Below are positions 45,376 to 57,150 of a DNA stretch of 64,000 nt, piece after piece. How positions within the stretch are numbered: the first letter of the stretch is position 1; each line of letters starts with the position of its first letter. The DNA is taken from the NCBI GenBank assembly GCA_000004985.1, contig GG738865.1; one strand, 5' to 3'. Below the pieces are notes generated by a model. The model searched no databases, had not been told where the DNA came from, and saw only the letters and a program-made list of their open reading frames with translations. The stretch comes from Naegleria gruberi. Lineage: Eukaryota. Position numbers and translations under genes: made by a program.

Positions 45376-46695
45376 ATGGCAACTAAAGTAACCGAAACTC
45401 TTGTTGTGCTTTTGTTGTTATTCTTCGCTACTGCTTCTGGCATTAACGCATCATCACCTGCGGAGCCAGCATTCAAAAGTCAATTACGTTCATGTTTTGA
45501 AGCAAATAGAAATACCGAATGTTTGGCCACACAATCATCTTGGTCTTCATGTGGAGGTTCAGTTTATTCTTCATATCAACTTGCACTCTCCATCTCAATG
45601 AATTGTATGAGAAGTGTCTGTGGAAGTCAAAATAGTTTATGTTGCAATACCTATTGTACAATGTATGGTTTATCTGGATATGATCATTCAGTTTGTTTCA
45701 ATAAGTGTTTCAATGGATATACTGGTTCAGTTGTTGGTGCTGCAACTTTGATGAAAACAATCAAGAGTAGTTTGGATACCAATGTTGATTATGTTCCTCC
45801 TGCCACAGCTCAAAAGAAGGACGATGAAACCAAAGTCTATTGTGATATTCCATGTAATTCAGAATTTGCTTTCTATTCCACAACTGGTAAACAACCAAGT
45901 ATTTTAAATGGTGGTTTGAAGGCATTGTTGGCTTCTAATACCAAGACTAATACTTTGGCTGCTAAGAAAAAGCTCATTTCTTCTTGGTCAACCAAGGTTG
46001 GTTCCTCTAAGCCATCATCCTCATCCTCCTCCTCACGTAAGAGCATCAGCAGCATTAAAAGCATCATTGGAAGAAGTAATAGTGGTTACAACAAGGCCAT
46101 TTCAAAGAGCATCTCAAAATACCTTGGCTTCAAACCAGTTAAACAAATTAATAGTGATCTGGTCTATAAGAGACTTGTTAAATTTGTTTCAAGCATTCCA
46201 AGTCTTGGATACATCTTGAGAGGTATTCGTGATAAGAAAACCAGAACCTACCTTACAAGAGGTTACAAATTCATTCAAGCTGCTAGAAAACAAGTCTATC
46301 CACAAAAAGCATTTGCAATCTATGATGGTAAAGTATTGAATGTGAAAGCCACAGTTCAATTGGGTAATCCAGCATTGGTTAAGCAGAGAAGTACCATTTT
46401 CCCAATTCCATTCAATTCATTGACTCCATCTTCACTTTCAAAGAAATCCTTTTTCAATTCCAGTGTTAAACATAATCAAATCTGTACTGGTACAGCTATT
46501 GCCAAAGTGGAATATTATCGTAGATCTCGTATCACTTGTAAAAAGATCAAGTCATGGATTAGTGGAGCTTCAAAGATTAATCCAAAGAATATTTATCAAG
46601 TCAACAAGTTCCTCTTCCTTGTTTATAATCAATGTAAGAAAGCTAAAGCTACTTGTGTTGTTCCATTTGTTGAAGCAATCAAAACAACTGATTAA
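45376..46695 (+). CDS. Secreted cysteine-rich, Ser/Thr/Lys-rich (mucin-like) protein, paralogue A of a three-gene lineage-specific family.
   Basis: Signal peptide MATKVTETLVVLLLLFFATASG. Conserved N-domain SSPAEPAFKSQLRSCFEANRNTEC...CGGSVYSSYQLALSISMNCMRSVCGSQNSLCCNTYCTMYGLSGYDHSVCFNKCFNGY (10+ Cys). S/K-rich middle. Conserved C-terminal Cys module KVEYYRRSRITCKKIKSWI...KCKKAKATCVVPF. The first ATG at 45346 lies upstream of the probable signal-peptide start. Confidence 0.7.
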   Translation: MATKVTETLVVLLLLFFATASGINASSPAEPAFKSQLRSCFEANRNTECLATQSSWSSCGGSVYSSYQLALSISMNCMRSVCGSQNSLCCNTYCTMYGLSGYDHSVCFNKCFNGYTGSVVGAATLMKTIKSSLDTNVDYVPPATAQKKDDETKVYCDIPCNSEFAFYSTTGKQPSILNGGLKALLASNTKTNTLAAKKKLISSWSTKVGSSKPSSSSSSSRKSISSIKSIIGRSNSGYNKAISKSISKYLGFKPVKQINSDLVYKRLVKFVSSIPSLGYILRGIRDKKTRTYLTRGYKFIQAARKQVYPQKAFAIYDGKVLNVKATVQLGNPALVKQRSTIFPIPFNSLTPSSLSKKSFFNSSVKHNQICTGTAIAKVEYYRRSRITCKKIKSWISGASKINPKNIYQVNKFLFLVYNQCKKAKATCVVPFVEAIKTTD

Positions 46696-46904
46696 ATTTT
46701 TGTAATTCAATAACTTTTTACAAATATAATATTAATAATATTGAAAAATACTTATTACAATTACAGGTCTGTTACAAAATCTTTTAATGGATAGGAATAG
46801 CATTTTTAAAATACTCGCTCAAACTATATGCAAATTAAACAGTGTACTTTTCACCAAATGTGTATGTGACTCAAAACATCCAACTGTCACACCAGTAAAA
46901 AAAA

Positions 46905-47894
46905 ATGACATTGTCATCCAAACAAATTGTCGTTGTGTTAATTATTGTTGGATTCTGTGTTTCTTACACATTGGCTTCTTCTGCCAGCGAACCAGCATTC
47001 AAAAGTCAATTACGTTCATGTTTTGAAGGAAACAGAAACACAGAATGCATAGTCAATCAAGGAAGCTGGAATTCTTGTGGTCGTTCAGTTTATTCTTCCT
47101 ATCAATTAGCTGTTTCCATTTCAATGAATTGTATGAGAAGTGTTTGTGGTAGTCAAAATGGTTTATGTTGTAATACTTATTGTTCAATGTTTGGTTTATC
47201 TGGAAGTGATCATTCGAATTGTTTCTCCTCATGTTATAATTCATACAGGCCATCGACAAATGGTGGTTCATCTTTTGGTGGAAATATTCCTGCAGCTAGT
47301 GATGCTTTAACTGGTTCTGTATCTTGTTCTATTCCATGCGCTGCTGCTTTCTCCTTCTATGAAAATAAAGTAGCCGAAAGTGTGGCCAAAAAACCAGCAG
47401 AAGTCAAGACATTCAAAACTTTGGTCAAGAATTTACAATCTGGCAAACCAATCAAAAAATCAAATCCTGGCTACACAATCACCTCTGCCAAGACTTTGTC
47501 AACCAGCAGCCCTAGTTCTGCAACCTATTTCACAGCACTTAAACCAAAAGTTGTCCTGAAGGGAAGTGAACATAATCAAGTCTTACGTACCTCTATTGAA
47601 GAAGCTGTTCCAACAAACTTGGACTCGGCTCAATTTTACAATTCTCAAGTGGCATCCAATCAAATTTGTTCCAATTCAATGAAAGATGTTGTAAAGGTTT
47701 CAATTTTGAAGAATACCAAAATTGAATGTTCTAAATTGTTGCAATGGATTAAGAATGATAAGACAATTGCTCCTGAAAATTTGGAAAATGTTTATAATTT
47801 CATGTTGGTTTTGCATCAAAAGTGTTCTGCTTTGCCAAATAGTAAATGTGTCATGCCAAATGTTGGATCCATCAAGCTCACTAACACTAAATAA
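46905..47894 (+). CDS. Secreted cysteine-rich protein, paralogue B (more divergent).
   Basis: Signal peptide MTLSSKQIVVVLIIVGFCVSYTLASS, then EPAFKSQLRSCFEGNRNTECIVNQGSWNSCGRSVYSSYQLAVSISMNCMRSVCGSQNGLCCNTYCSMFGLSGSDHSNCF. C-terminal module ...KIECSKLLQWIKNDK...KCSALPNSKCVMPNVG. Shares 30-40-nt stretches with A and C that are identical at nucleotide level. Confidence 0.7.
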   Translation: MTLSSKQIVVVLIIVGFCVSYTLASSASEPAFKSQLRSCFEGNRNTECIVNQGSWNSCGRSVYSSYQLAVSISMNCMRSVCGSQNGLCCNTYCSMFGLSGSDHSNCFSSCYNSYRPSTNGGSSFGGNIPAASDALTGSVSCSIPCAAAFSFYENKVAESVAKKPAEVKTFKTLVKNLQSGKPIKKSNPGYTITSAKTLSTSSPSSATYFTALKPKVVLKGSEHNQVLRTSIEEAVPTNLDSAQFYNSQVASNQICSNSMKDVVKVSILKNTKIECSKLLQWIKNDKTIAPENLENVYNFMLVLHQKCSALPNSKCVMPNVGSIKLTNTK

Positions 47895-47969
47895 ATTGTG
47901 GATCTATCAATTAATAACTAATTTTTATTAGAAAGCACCCAAATCATAAATTTCCAAAATAAAATTATT

Positions 47970-49088
47970 TTAAAGAGTGTCAGTATTCAAATTAATTCTT
48001 CTAAACATTGGAACAACACATTGTTTAGACTTCTTTGGAATGAGAGATCTACACTTATTATGAACAATCATCATGAATTTGTAAACAGTAAGCAAATTAT
48101 TTGGTGAAATTTCTGAAACTTCCTTCATCCAACGTTGAATCTTGTTACAATTTACTCTAGATCTCTTATAATAGGTAACTTCAACTGTCTTTCCAGTATT
48201 GGCACAGATTTGATTTTTACCAACTTGGCTGCTTTTCAAAACGGGATTCAAAGGGACAACCTTATCAAGTGAAATGTCAAAAACTTGAAGTCTGTCACGA
48301 GTTACTTGAATAACATTGGAAATCATCTTTTTATCAGTTTTTCCTGATGATTTAGAGGTTGATTTAGTGACCTTTCCATTCTTAATAGTTGTGAGTTTAG
48401 TTTTTTTCACAAAAGACGAAATGAAAAGTTTCTTCTTTTTGCCCAATACTGAAACTCCACCATTTCCACTTGCTGTTCCAGTAGTACTATTTGAACCATT
48501 AATTTGAGAAAGGAGAGTTCTCAAGAAATTTCTTTCCTTTCTTGTTGGTTGTTCATTGGCAAAATAAAAAGCATAAGTAGCATCACATGAAACAGAACAT
48601 TTGACAATGGCTTTATCATCAGTGGTGGCACTTTTTGGAACAAAGTCAGAGTTATCATCGAATGGGATGGAAGCATAAGCAATAGAAGTAGAAATTGGTT
48701 TCATCAAAGTTGCAGCAGCAGAAACAACTGAACCAGTATATCCATTGAAACACTTATTGAAACAAACTGAATGATCATATCCAGATAAACCATACATTGT
48801 ACAATAAGTATTGCAACATAAACTATTTTGACTTCCACAAACACTTCTCATACAATTCATTGAAATGGAGAGTGCAAGTTGATATGAAGAATAAACTGAA
48901 CCTCCACATGAAGACCAAGATGATTGTGTGGCTAAACATTCGGTATTTCTATTTGCTTCAAAACATGAACGTAATTGACTTTTGAATGCTGGTTCCGCTG
49001 GAGATGATGCATTGACAAAAGATGAAGATGTGAGAAGGGCTGCCAACAAGACGAAACATGCCAAAACTAGTGGATTGAATCTTGTCAT
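47970..49088 (-). CDS. Secreted cysteine-rich protein, paralogue C, in inverted orientation (convergent with B).
   Basis: Probable start MTRFNPLVLACFVLLAALLTSSS (ATG at 49088; the ORF extends to 49124). The ~100-aa N-domain is identical to A at protein level and ~97% identical at nucleotide level. C-terminal module VEVTYYKRSRVNCNKIQRWMKE...KCRSLIPKKSKQCVVPMF. Confidence 0.7.
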   Translation of the reverse strand: MTRFNPLVLACFVLLAALLTSSSFVNASSPAEPAFKSQLRSCFEANRNTECLATQSSWSSCGGSVYSSYQLALSISMNCMRSVCGSQNSLCCNTYCTMYGLSGYDHSVCFNKCFNGYTGSVVSAAATLMKPISTSIAYASIPFDDNSDFVPKSATTDDKAIVKCSVSCDATYAFYFANEQPTRKERNFLRTLLSQINGSNSTTGTASGNGGVSVLGKKKKLFISSFVKKTKLTTIKNGKVTKSTSKSSGKTDKKMISNVIQVTRDRLQVFDISLDKVVPLNPVLKSSQVGKNQICANTGKTVEVTYYKRSRVNCNKIQRWMKEVSEISPNNLLTVYKFMMIVHNKCRSLIPKKSKQCVVPMFRRINLNTDTL

Positions 49089-49305
49089 TATTTTTTTTAA
49101 GCTTTCTTCAAAGATGTCACCCACAAGAACACTGACACAATCAAAATGGGTAAATTTGTCAAAAAAAATTTAACACACTAAATATCTTATAACCATCACC
49201 CGTCAATATTATTATTCGAATCCAATGAACATTCAAAGAGAGATGAAAGAAATTAAAGGGAACTTGCAAGTGAAAAGTTCCCGCCAAAAATAACTACAAA
49301 AAAAA

Positions 49306-52300
49306 ATGAGTAAAAACATATGGTTGCCGCCACTTTCGCTATCATCTCTGCAGAGAAATGATGGGAAGAACATCATGTTTGACACTCAGAAAGTAATCAA
49401 GCCGACCACCTGGTTGTATATAATGATGATACTGCTGATATTGTTAATGAATAGTGGAGGAGTTGTGAGATGTGGAAATGTTGTGGAAGTGGATGCTGAG
49501 GAAGTGAGGCAGTTGGATTTATATTTGAAAAAATCAAAACCTGATTTGGAAAATTCTCAGCTAGCTTTATTGGCATTTAAGGAGACGAGTCAAATGCTTA
49601 TACTCACCAAGACATTGTCATCCTTGTCCATCACACCAAGAACAATATTTTACTCTGCAGGGTTTATCGGAAATACTATTGTTCAATTGAATGCAAGTGA
49701 AATCAAATTCACCTCCTTGGCTAATGTATTTAACAATTCAACAAGACCATACAAAGTTGTTGATAGGCTTACATCATTATGCTCTTCTACTCTTTCTCAA
49801 TTATATCAGAACAACACCTTTATTCCAAATTATTATATTTGTTTTTTCAAAACAACACTCACATCAGAGAATAGAGTTTTCTTCTCAACAACAAGTGAAG
49901 GATTCAGATGTTTAAAACTAAATTCGGATGGGGATGTAATAACCAAGGATGTTTCTAAGGGATTTATTGAAGATTTTGCTACCTCATTATGTGTTATAAC
50001 CATAATATTTATAGCCCTTCTGTGGGTACAAGGATCATTTAAAAGGAGAATTATTGATACAAAGAGATATCCCTTTACCAATTATTACTTTGGAAACGAT
50101 ACTGATTGGAACTCTTCAACTTTTTCGGATCTTTCAGTAACTCTTAGACCAATATTTCCATTCTTTAAACATTTTTCCAATCAGTTTGACAAGCTTTATA
50201 AACTGATATTCAGATCAATTCAAAACAAAGTGGACCAGGAACATATTAGGAAGTATAAGAAATTTGGCTCTTCAACACTGCTGAAATACCAATTATTCTT
50301 CGACTTTTTCCTCTTTATAGTTATTAGTTGCTTATCAATGGTGCAGTTATTTGTTCCTTCTGTACTATATTTCCCAAATTTTATTCAAATACCTATTAAT
50401 TTTGACCTTGGGAATGACGAAACCTTCACAAGTTATTGGATAGGAGGGGCTGATTTTGTACCTATCAGTTTGGGTTTTTGGTTAATATCCCTCACTTTGA
50501 TGATATTGGGAATAATTTTGTTAATAGTTACTTCTAGTTCAAAAGAAAAGATGATGTATTGGAGCACAAACTCTTTGCCAGACACCAACATTTTGGTTTT
50601 CACTGATGCAATCTTCAAAATTATTTTCATAGTCTTGATTAATGTGATAATCATTTTACTACCGTTCTGGACATTTACCATTAAGGGAGTTCTTATGGTG
50701 GTTATTACAATAGCATCTATTTTCTATGGGAGTCAACAAATTTTAATTCCAACAGAGAAGGTTATTCACGCTATTCATGATGGAAATTATAAGATGGTTG
50801 TTGCCTTCTTGATGTTTGCATATTTTAAGGAACTTCTAGTGATCATACCATTTTTTATTCAGATATTCATGGTGGCCGAAACTATATTTGGGCTAGTTTG
50901 GAGCTTGATTCTTTCCTTTGTTGCAAACAACAGCAAGCTTTCCTTGATTGGTATTTTTGGTATTGTAATTAATTCTGCAACAAGTTTACTTCAAGACTTA
51001 CTACAGCCATCCAGAGTTACCAGGAAAAAGATTGTGGAAAGGTCAGATACATTCGTTTTTCCCTCTCTAACAAAGACCAGCACACAATTCATCCTTGATA
51101 ATGTCGCTGCAAAATATGGTGGCATTATTAATACCTACTCTAAACTGGTAGAAAGTAATGAGATGGTGGATTATACATACAAGGATATTCTCTCATTAAA
51201 TGACAACTTGGAAGAACTTAAGGACATTACAAGAAAAAGAAGTCAGTCTGTTGGAAAATCTGAAAACGGTGAAGCTAAGCTAGCAGCAACAACTATTGAA
51301 AAAATTCACAACCCTGTTAACATCAAATTCGAAAAAAATGAAGACAAAAACGAAGAGGAGCTAAAAACAAGATATACGGAGATCAATGATAGGCCAAAGT
51401 ACATGCATGTTCTCTTCAAGAAAGAAATTGCCTTACTCGTTAGAGGCATCTTCCTTTCAACGCAAGAGAAGAAAAATGAAAAATTGAGAGTAATCTTTAA
51501 GAGAGGAGAGAGGCTTTATACTCCATTGTTGAATACAGACATCAGAAGAATCCATCACAATTTAGTGGGTAGAGTCAAGATAGCAACAGGAAATCTGAGT
51601 AATTATTTAGTAGTAATTTTGATTGCAATGATTATTTTCTTGTCTTTTACTTATTCTGGTGCTGAAAGTGATGGTATGGACATTATGTCAAATATGGCTA
51701 TTGTTATTTCAATCTTTATTCCACAACTTTTTGGAAGATTGGATGAAGGACAAGTTGATGAACTATTCGAAAGAAGAATTGAGGAAACTATCCTTTTAAC
51801 CAAGAGAGATCTTGCAAAGAAACTTGACTTACCAGAGAAGGATCTCAATTTTTGCATTTTCAATTTTCAAAACGATTCAGATATTAGTAACTTTTTAGAG
51901 CACAACACCCCAGCAGTGTCTGAAACTATTGGAAGAAAAATGTAAGTATATTTTAACGAATTGTTTTACTTGAATCAAATGAAAGATTGGAACATTGGGA
52001 AAGTGCTTCAACAAATGGATTTATTACAGCTCAAAAATTCAAGCCACTCATGCTTATTGTATGGGATGAAACCCTTAAAATCAATGCAAAGAAGGGCACT
52101 GCTTCCGCTACAAATGACTATCTCAAGACTCATAGCCAATTCTTGACATCATTTTCAAACATAATTTATTGTATTAGTAATTTTGAGGCTGACTCCTTTG
52201 TGAGTGCTTACGAATTCATTCACGCTGTGGAGCTTCTCAAAAAATCAATCACAAGAAAGGAAGAAGATCAATGCTCAGATATGGATATAACATTTGCATT

Positions 52301-52601
52301 TCTATTCTTTTGCTATTTGAGAGGAAGAAGTGCTGAAGTAGGAATGGTGAATTGTAATTCTTTAGAAGTTAGTTTTGCAGAAGAAGAGTATAACCATTTC
52401 TTTTCCACTTTCTATACTTGGATAGCTGTTAACGATACCAAGAGAGAAAAGCTAAAGGAAGCAAAACAATTTATTGAGTTGGTATTCTCTGTGTATAGCT
52501 CTGAGCAGCGTCTATCATTGGAACATTTCTTGAATAGCTATAGATCGGTCAGAAGTGCAATGTCCAACACAAGTAGATCGATTGAAATCGAAGAGTTTTG
52601 A
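49306..52601 (+). CDS. Large multi-pass membrane protein (~1080 aa) with cytosolic C-terminal domain. join(49306..51941, 51986..52601).
   Basis: N-glycosylation-rich ectodomain followed by about 10 hydrophobic helices. The stop at 51943 overlaps a GTAAGT donor. A 44-nt intron (acceptor AAAG at 51984-85, phase 2) joins in frame to ORF 51987..52601 (...GRK-I-LEHWESAS...). Family not recognised. Confidence 0.55.
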
Positions 52602-53064
52602 CTGGACATGTAATGGAGCTGACTACAATTCATTTAGCTTAGAAAGAACAGCTCATTTTCTTCAAGTTTGACACAAAAGAAACACAATTTTACTGATGCT
52701 GTCATTCAAACAAAAAAAGAAAGCATTCATCCTGAATGATTAGAGCTTTACCATAGACTTCCAATAAAAAAAGTACGAATGCCAACCTTAAACCAGAAAA
52801 TTACTCTAGTGTTTGAAGTCGTTTTGTGGTATACCTGATGACATTTTTCCATTGAAGAGAACCTTATGTTTTTCAACAACAGAAGTTAACATTCAACCTA
52901 TTTCCTTCATTGATTTACAAATTGGTATAAACAAAGAACAAAAATGATTAGAAATGCACTTGTACAGGAATTGGTTCATTTGTCAACCACTTGAACTGTT
53001 TCTATTGTCAGATTTTCATTGTAAAATAACTTGTTTGCAATTTCCGCAAATCAAGAGAAAAAAA

Positions 53065-54024
53065 ATGAATGCAAAACTCACCATCAAACGCAAGCAATCA
53101 CAATCATCTTCATCGTCTGCATCAGCTTCAGCATCACAATCTTCGCAATCTTCAACAATAAATTCTTCCACAAGTTGTATACAAAATAGTCAAAATGATG
53201 AAGCAGATGATGATGATATTGTGGAGGTGGCTCCATCATTATCGGGAAGTAGTACATTGCACTTTCCGATTAGGACAATGGTATCAATTCATAGGAATGT
53301 AGTGCTACAGATTACATTATTTGACAAGTTGAGGGATAAATCTACATTAAAGTCTTCATTGGCTTCGACTTGGTTTAAAAAGGAGCACCTGGATGAGTTC
53401 TACACTTATTTGAAATACTTTTTGAAGAAACAAATTTATCAGGAAATCAAGTTTATTCCAACAGAACCAGGTAGGATTGAATTGAAAATAGAATTACCTC
53501 CAGAAAAGACGATTCAAGTAATTAAATGTAAAACCATTCAATTTACCTATGAGTGGAAAAAGACATATTCTAATTTTTTCATGTTGAGGAGAAAGGATAC
53601 ACAAGAGGAGTATGAAAGAGAATTATTGAAAGCACAACTTACAAGAAAGCCATCTGTGCCTATTCTTATTGAGGATGATCCACAAGGTCCAGTCAAACAC
53701 AATTTGGATTTAAGTGACGAGGAAACACCAAACAAGAAGCAAAAATCAATTCACAATTTGGATTTGAGTGATGAGGAAAATGTGAAACAAACCCCACCAA
53801 GAAAGAAAAAGAAACCAACTGTTATTATTGAGGATGACGATTCTTCATCATCTGAAGAGGAAGATGTAGAATTAAAGGAAGATATTGAGTTAAACTCTCC
53901 ACCTTTCAAAAAGTTTAAACAAAGTCTGGTATCTTGGCGGTACCAGCTACTTGTCTATTTGGAACCAAAGGAAAAGGATATTCTGGAATTGACAGGAGCT
54001 AAATCAAAAAGCAAATTCTTTTAA
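53065..54024 (+). CDS. Hypothetical acidic/Ser-rich protein with duplicated HNLDLSDEE motif (about 320 aa from the ATG at 53065).
   Basis: ORF 52954..54024. A-rich ATG context (AAAAAAAATG) at 53065. Tandem 20-aa repeat VKHNLDLSDEETPNKKQKS/IHNLDLSDEENVKQTPPRK. Acidic SSSSEEEDVE tract. Confidence 0.45.
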   Translation: MNAKLTIKRKQSQSSSSSASASASQSSQSSTINSSTSCIQNSQNDEADDDDIVEVAPSLSGSSTLHFPIRTMVSIHRNVVLQITLFDKLRDKSTLKSSLASTWFKKEHLDEFYTYLKYFLKKQIYQEIKFIPTEPGRIELKIELPPEKTIQVIKCKTIQFTYEWKKTYSNFFMLRRKDTQEEYERELLKAQLTRKPSVPILIEDDPQGPVKHNLDLSDEETPNKKQKSIHNLDLSDEENVKQTPPRKKKKPTVIIEDDDSSSSEEEDVELKEDIELNSPPFKKFKQSLVSWRYQLLVYLEPKEKDILELTGAKSKSKFF

Positions 54025-54055
54025 TAATTTAAGATTTTTTTACAATTATTTGGAT

Positions 54056-55279
54056 TTAAATATTGAGTACACGAAGTTTTTCAGCTTTTGGAACAGTGTG
54101 GATCAAGACACGACCATCATAAGATACAGTACCAAAGGTCCAGCTGTTAGTATTACTCCAACAAAGAGAGTAGACACTTTCTTCATGTTCATCATATGTG
54201 TGAACAAGGTTATCAAACAATTCCTCCTTCTTTGGTTTGGATTTTTCTTCTTCAGATGCTTGTAATTCTTCGTCTAATTCTTGCTCTTTTGCCTTTGATG
54301 AAATTGAGGCAATAGACCATAAATTTACCTTACTGTCAGTACTTCCTGTCAAAATCAATTGATCATATTGTGGATTAAATCTGACTTTGGAAATCCAGTG
54401 TGAATGACCTCCTAAAACCAACAATGGTTCCTTCGTCGAACGAATATCCCAAAACTTTACAAAGCAGTCATCACCACAAGTTGCCAATCTGTACATATGA
54501 TATGGATTGTATTGGACATCCCTAACCATTTGGTCATGAGCAATAAATTCAACATTCTTCTTATTATTCTTTTCTCTCAAGTCAACTTGGATGACCTTTC
54601 CTTGGGCAGCAACAGCAATAATTTCTGAATGATGAGGATCCCAAGCACCAGTTCTTAATCTTCTTCCACCCAAATCATACTTGTTAACAAATTTACATGT
54701 TTTTTCAAATCTAAATTCTCTCAAACATTTTTCATCGATTGAAATTACACGATCACTAGTTCCATTTTGATCCCATAATATTTCGTGTACTCTTTCATTA
54801 TCAAATTGTTTGGCATCTAATTTTGACAGAGTTTCCAAATTATTGGTATTATTACTTTCCAATTCTTCTCCAACATCTGATTGTCCTGCTTGTTCCGAAT
54901 ATGTTGACATTCCGTATAGTGCTGCTTCAAAACCATTTTTAATGGTATTATATGTTGTGAAGAAATATTTTGGTTTTGATGGATGTGGACTAATCGACCA
55001 AACTTCGTGTTGATGTGAAAAAGCAGCTTGACAAAAAACATCATTTTCTTCCTCGTTAAATTCAATAAGATGGACTTCATTGTTGGCATTCAGAGCACAA
55101 GTTCCTACAAGAAATCTATTATTTTGAGTATCACCTTTTACCGCAGCCATACATCTACTCTTGTTTAAACGTTGACCATAGATTGCAGAGGTGTGTCCGT
55201 GACTATCCTGTTGTGATGCTGATGAGGCTGTGTAATCACTGTGTGATCGTAAATGTCCTCTTGTGTTGGATCTTTTCAT
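54056..55279 (-). CDS. WD40-repeat protein (407 aa).
   Basis: WD repeat signatures (LATCGDDCFVKFWDIRS; GGHSHWISKVRFNPQYDQLILTGSTDSKVNLWSI; YSLCWSNTNSWTFGTVSYDGRVLIH). Specific orthology not asserted. Confidence 0.7.
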   Translation of the reverse strand: MKRSNTRGHLRSHSDYTASSASQQDSHGHTSAIYGQRLNKSRCMAAVKGDTQNNRFLVGTCALNANNEVHLIEFNEEENDVFCQAAFSHQHEVWSISPHPSKPKYFFTTYNTIKNGFEAALYGMSTYSEQAGQSDVGEELESNNTNNLETLSKLDAKQFDNERVHEILWDQNGTSDRVISIDEKCLREFRFEKTCKFVNKYDLGGRRLRTGAWDPHHSEIIAVAAQGKVIQVDLREKNNKKNVEFIAHDQMVRDVQYNPYHMYRLATCGDDCFVKFWDIRSTKEPLLVLGGHSHWISKVRFNPQYDQLILTGSTDSKVNLWSIASISSKAKEQELDEELQASEEEKSKPKKEELFDNLVHTYDEHEESVYSLCWSNTNSWTFGTVSYDGRVLIHTVPKAEKLRVLNI

Positions 55280-55463
55280 TTTTTAATTATAAATATTAAA
55301 TCTTTTAATAATATATCGTTATGATAATCACCTGTCCCATCACGCCAAACAAAATAAAAACACTTTTTAATATTTTAAATGAATATTAAATATTAAATAA
55401 TATTAAATTTAATTTTATTTAAACACAATCATGGTGTAGATTTTCATTTACATATAAAAAGCA

Positions 55464-56633
55464 TTAGTGCTTCTTATAATTATCGAGAATTTCTCTGAGA
55501 TGGAACTTTTTACGAATTATTGTCCTCACATCAGAGTGTTTGTATAATTGTTTCAAAAATGGAATGAGTTTCATCAATTCACGATCTTCCTTATCATCAA
55601 ACCAACTCAAAATTGGTATTCCGTTATCGATTTGATAACCGTATGCTTGTGGTGAGTTATCAACAATGCAAGTCTTGGAAAGATCACGTCCAAGTACTTC
55701 TAAATCCTTCAAATAGTTTCTCTCAACATCAATACAAGAATTTCTAAAAACTCTGTACTTGATGTACTTTCTTTCAGGATCAAGGATTGAAAGCAATTTA
55801 TCAGCATACACACTTTGTGATGCAGTGAAAACAACAACTTCGAAGATTTTTGATACAGCTTCCAAAAACTCAACAAAGTAAGGTCTCTTCCGCACGTAAA
55901 CTGTATATTCAACTCCATGGAAGAGTACAGTAAAGGTAAAGTCAGGATCAGGAATTGGTTCAGTGCTACAATGGACAAGAGTTTCATCAAGATCCAAAAC
56001 TAGGGTTATATCTGGTTGTGATAATTCTTTAGGTGGAAGACAATATTGATGAGGGGAGATCTTAGGTTTTGGTGGAAGGTGGGCAATAAAGTCAAATCTA
56101 TGAAAACGTTAGAACAACAAATGTTTTCATATGAAAATAAAACTTACGGATTGAATTCATCATCATCTTCATACTCAATATCTAATAATTGAGAGTATGA
56201 AAAATCATAAATATCTTCTTCATAGTCTTCTTCCTTTTGCATGACTTTTTCATCATAATTTACACCAAGAGTAATATCTGTGTCAGAGTCACTCAGAGAG
56301 AATCTTCGGGGTGAGAAGAGTTCATCTTCATTGGAGATGGTTGATGTAGAGTCAGAGTAAGAAAGTTTACGAAGAGCTAATGGAGAGGAAGATTTTGGAG
56401 TTGATGATTTTTGTTCTGTCTGATCGGCGTCATTTTCGTTTCCTTTTCGTTCTGTTATGGAGGAACAAAAGTTTGGACGTTATTATTGATTGTATAGAGT
56501 TGTTCATATGTTATCAGCAGATGGTTTGTTGTTGAATAGAGTTAGCATAAATACAGTAAAATAGATAGTTACTTTTTTGAGTTGGTTTGTTAGGAGAGGA
56601 GGTTATTATAAAAGCAGACTTTGGATTAGACAT
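55464..56633 (-). CDS. CTD small phosphatase-like (FCP1/NIF-domain, HAD family) protein. complement(55464..56097, 56148..56451, 56573..56633).
   Basis: Catalytic [10 protein letters not shown] (DxDxT) and downstream NIF motifs ([34 protein letters not shown]). Two upstream exons found by hand (introns 50 nt GTAAGT..CATAG and 121 nt GTAACT..AACAG, phases consistent). They give [28 protein letters not shown]...[20 protein letters not shown]...[11 protein letters not shown]. Confidence 0.7.
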
Positions 56634-57150
56634 TTTGGAAATCTAGGTACCTGAACAATGGAATAATTCGGATGATGAAACCGTTACGTAAATCCAATAA
56701 ACAGCAAGGTAGGATTGCTAGGTATTGTTCTGGTATTTTTTTTAATAAATTTTAAAACAATAATTTTTTAAAATAAAATTACTGATTTGCAACGTTTAAT
56801 TTTTTTTAGGAGGGAATATTTGTTGTGACAGGTTTTGAAAAGAATATTTTGAAAATATCGACAAAGAATGACTTTGATATAAATGATTACAAACCGAAGG
56901 TAAGGAATAGTTTTCCAGTTCGACTTCGAGATATTGATTGTTGAAATGATGTGTAATTATTTTGAACATTTCTTTGTGGATTACAAAATTCAATGGAATC
57001 ATTCTCTAATTATGTCTGCTCTCTTCACATCTATTAAGAGAATCAAAAAGACCAATCAATCAAATATATTTTCTGTAGTATTAAAGTGATTGGTTTATGG
57101 CGGGAAATAGAGCTGTTGATTAGGTTGTAAGCTAAACCAAAATCAAAAAA

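Noticed and set aside
45473-45661. Pair of near-identical 62-aa antisense ORFs (45473..45661(-) and 48797..48985(+), MYNRYCNINYFDFH...)
   Set aside because: They are reverse-strand shadows of the conserved N-domain of the secreted paralogues A and C. Their near-identity simply reflects the ~97% nucleotide identity of the sense genes. Not independent genes.
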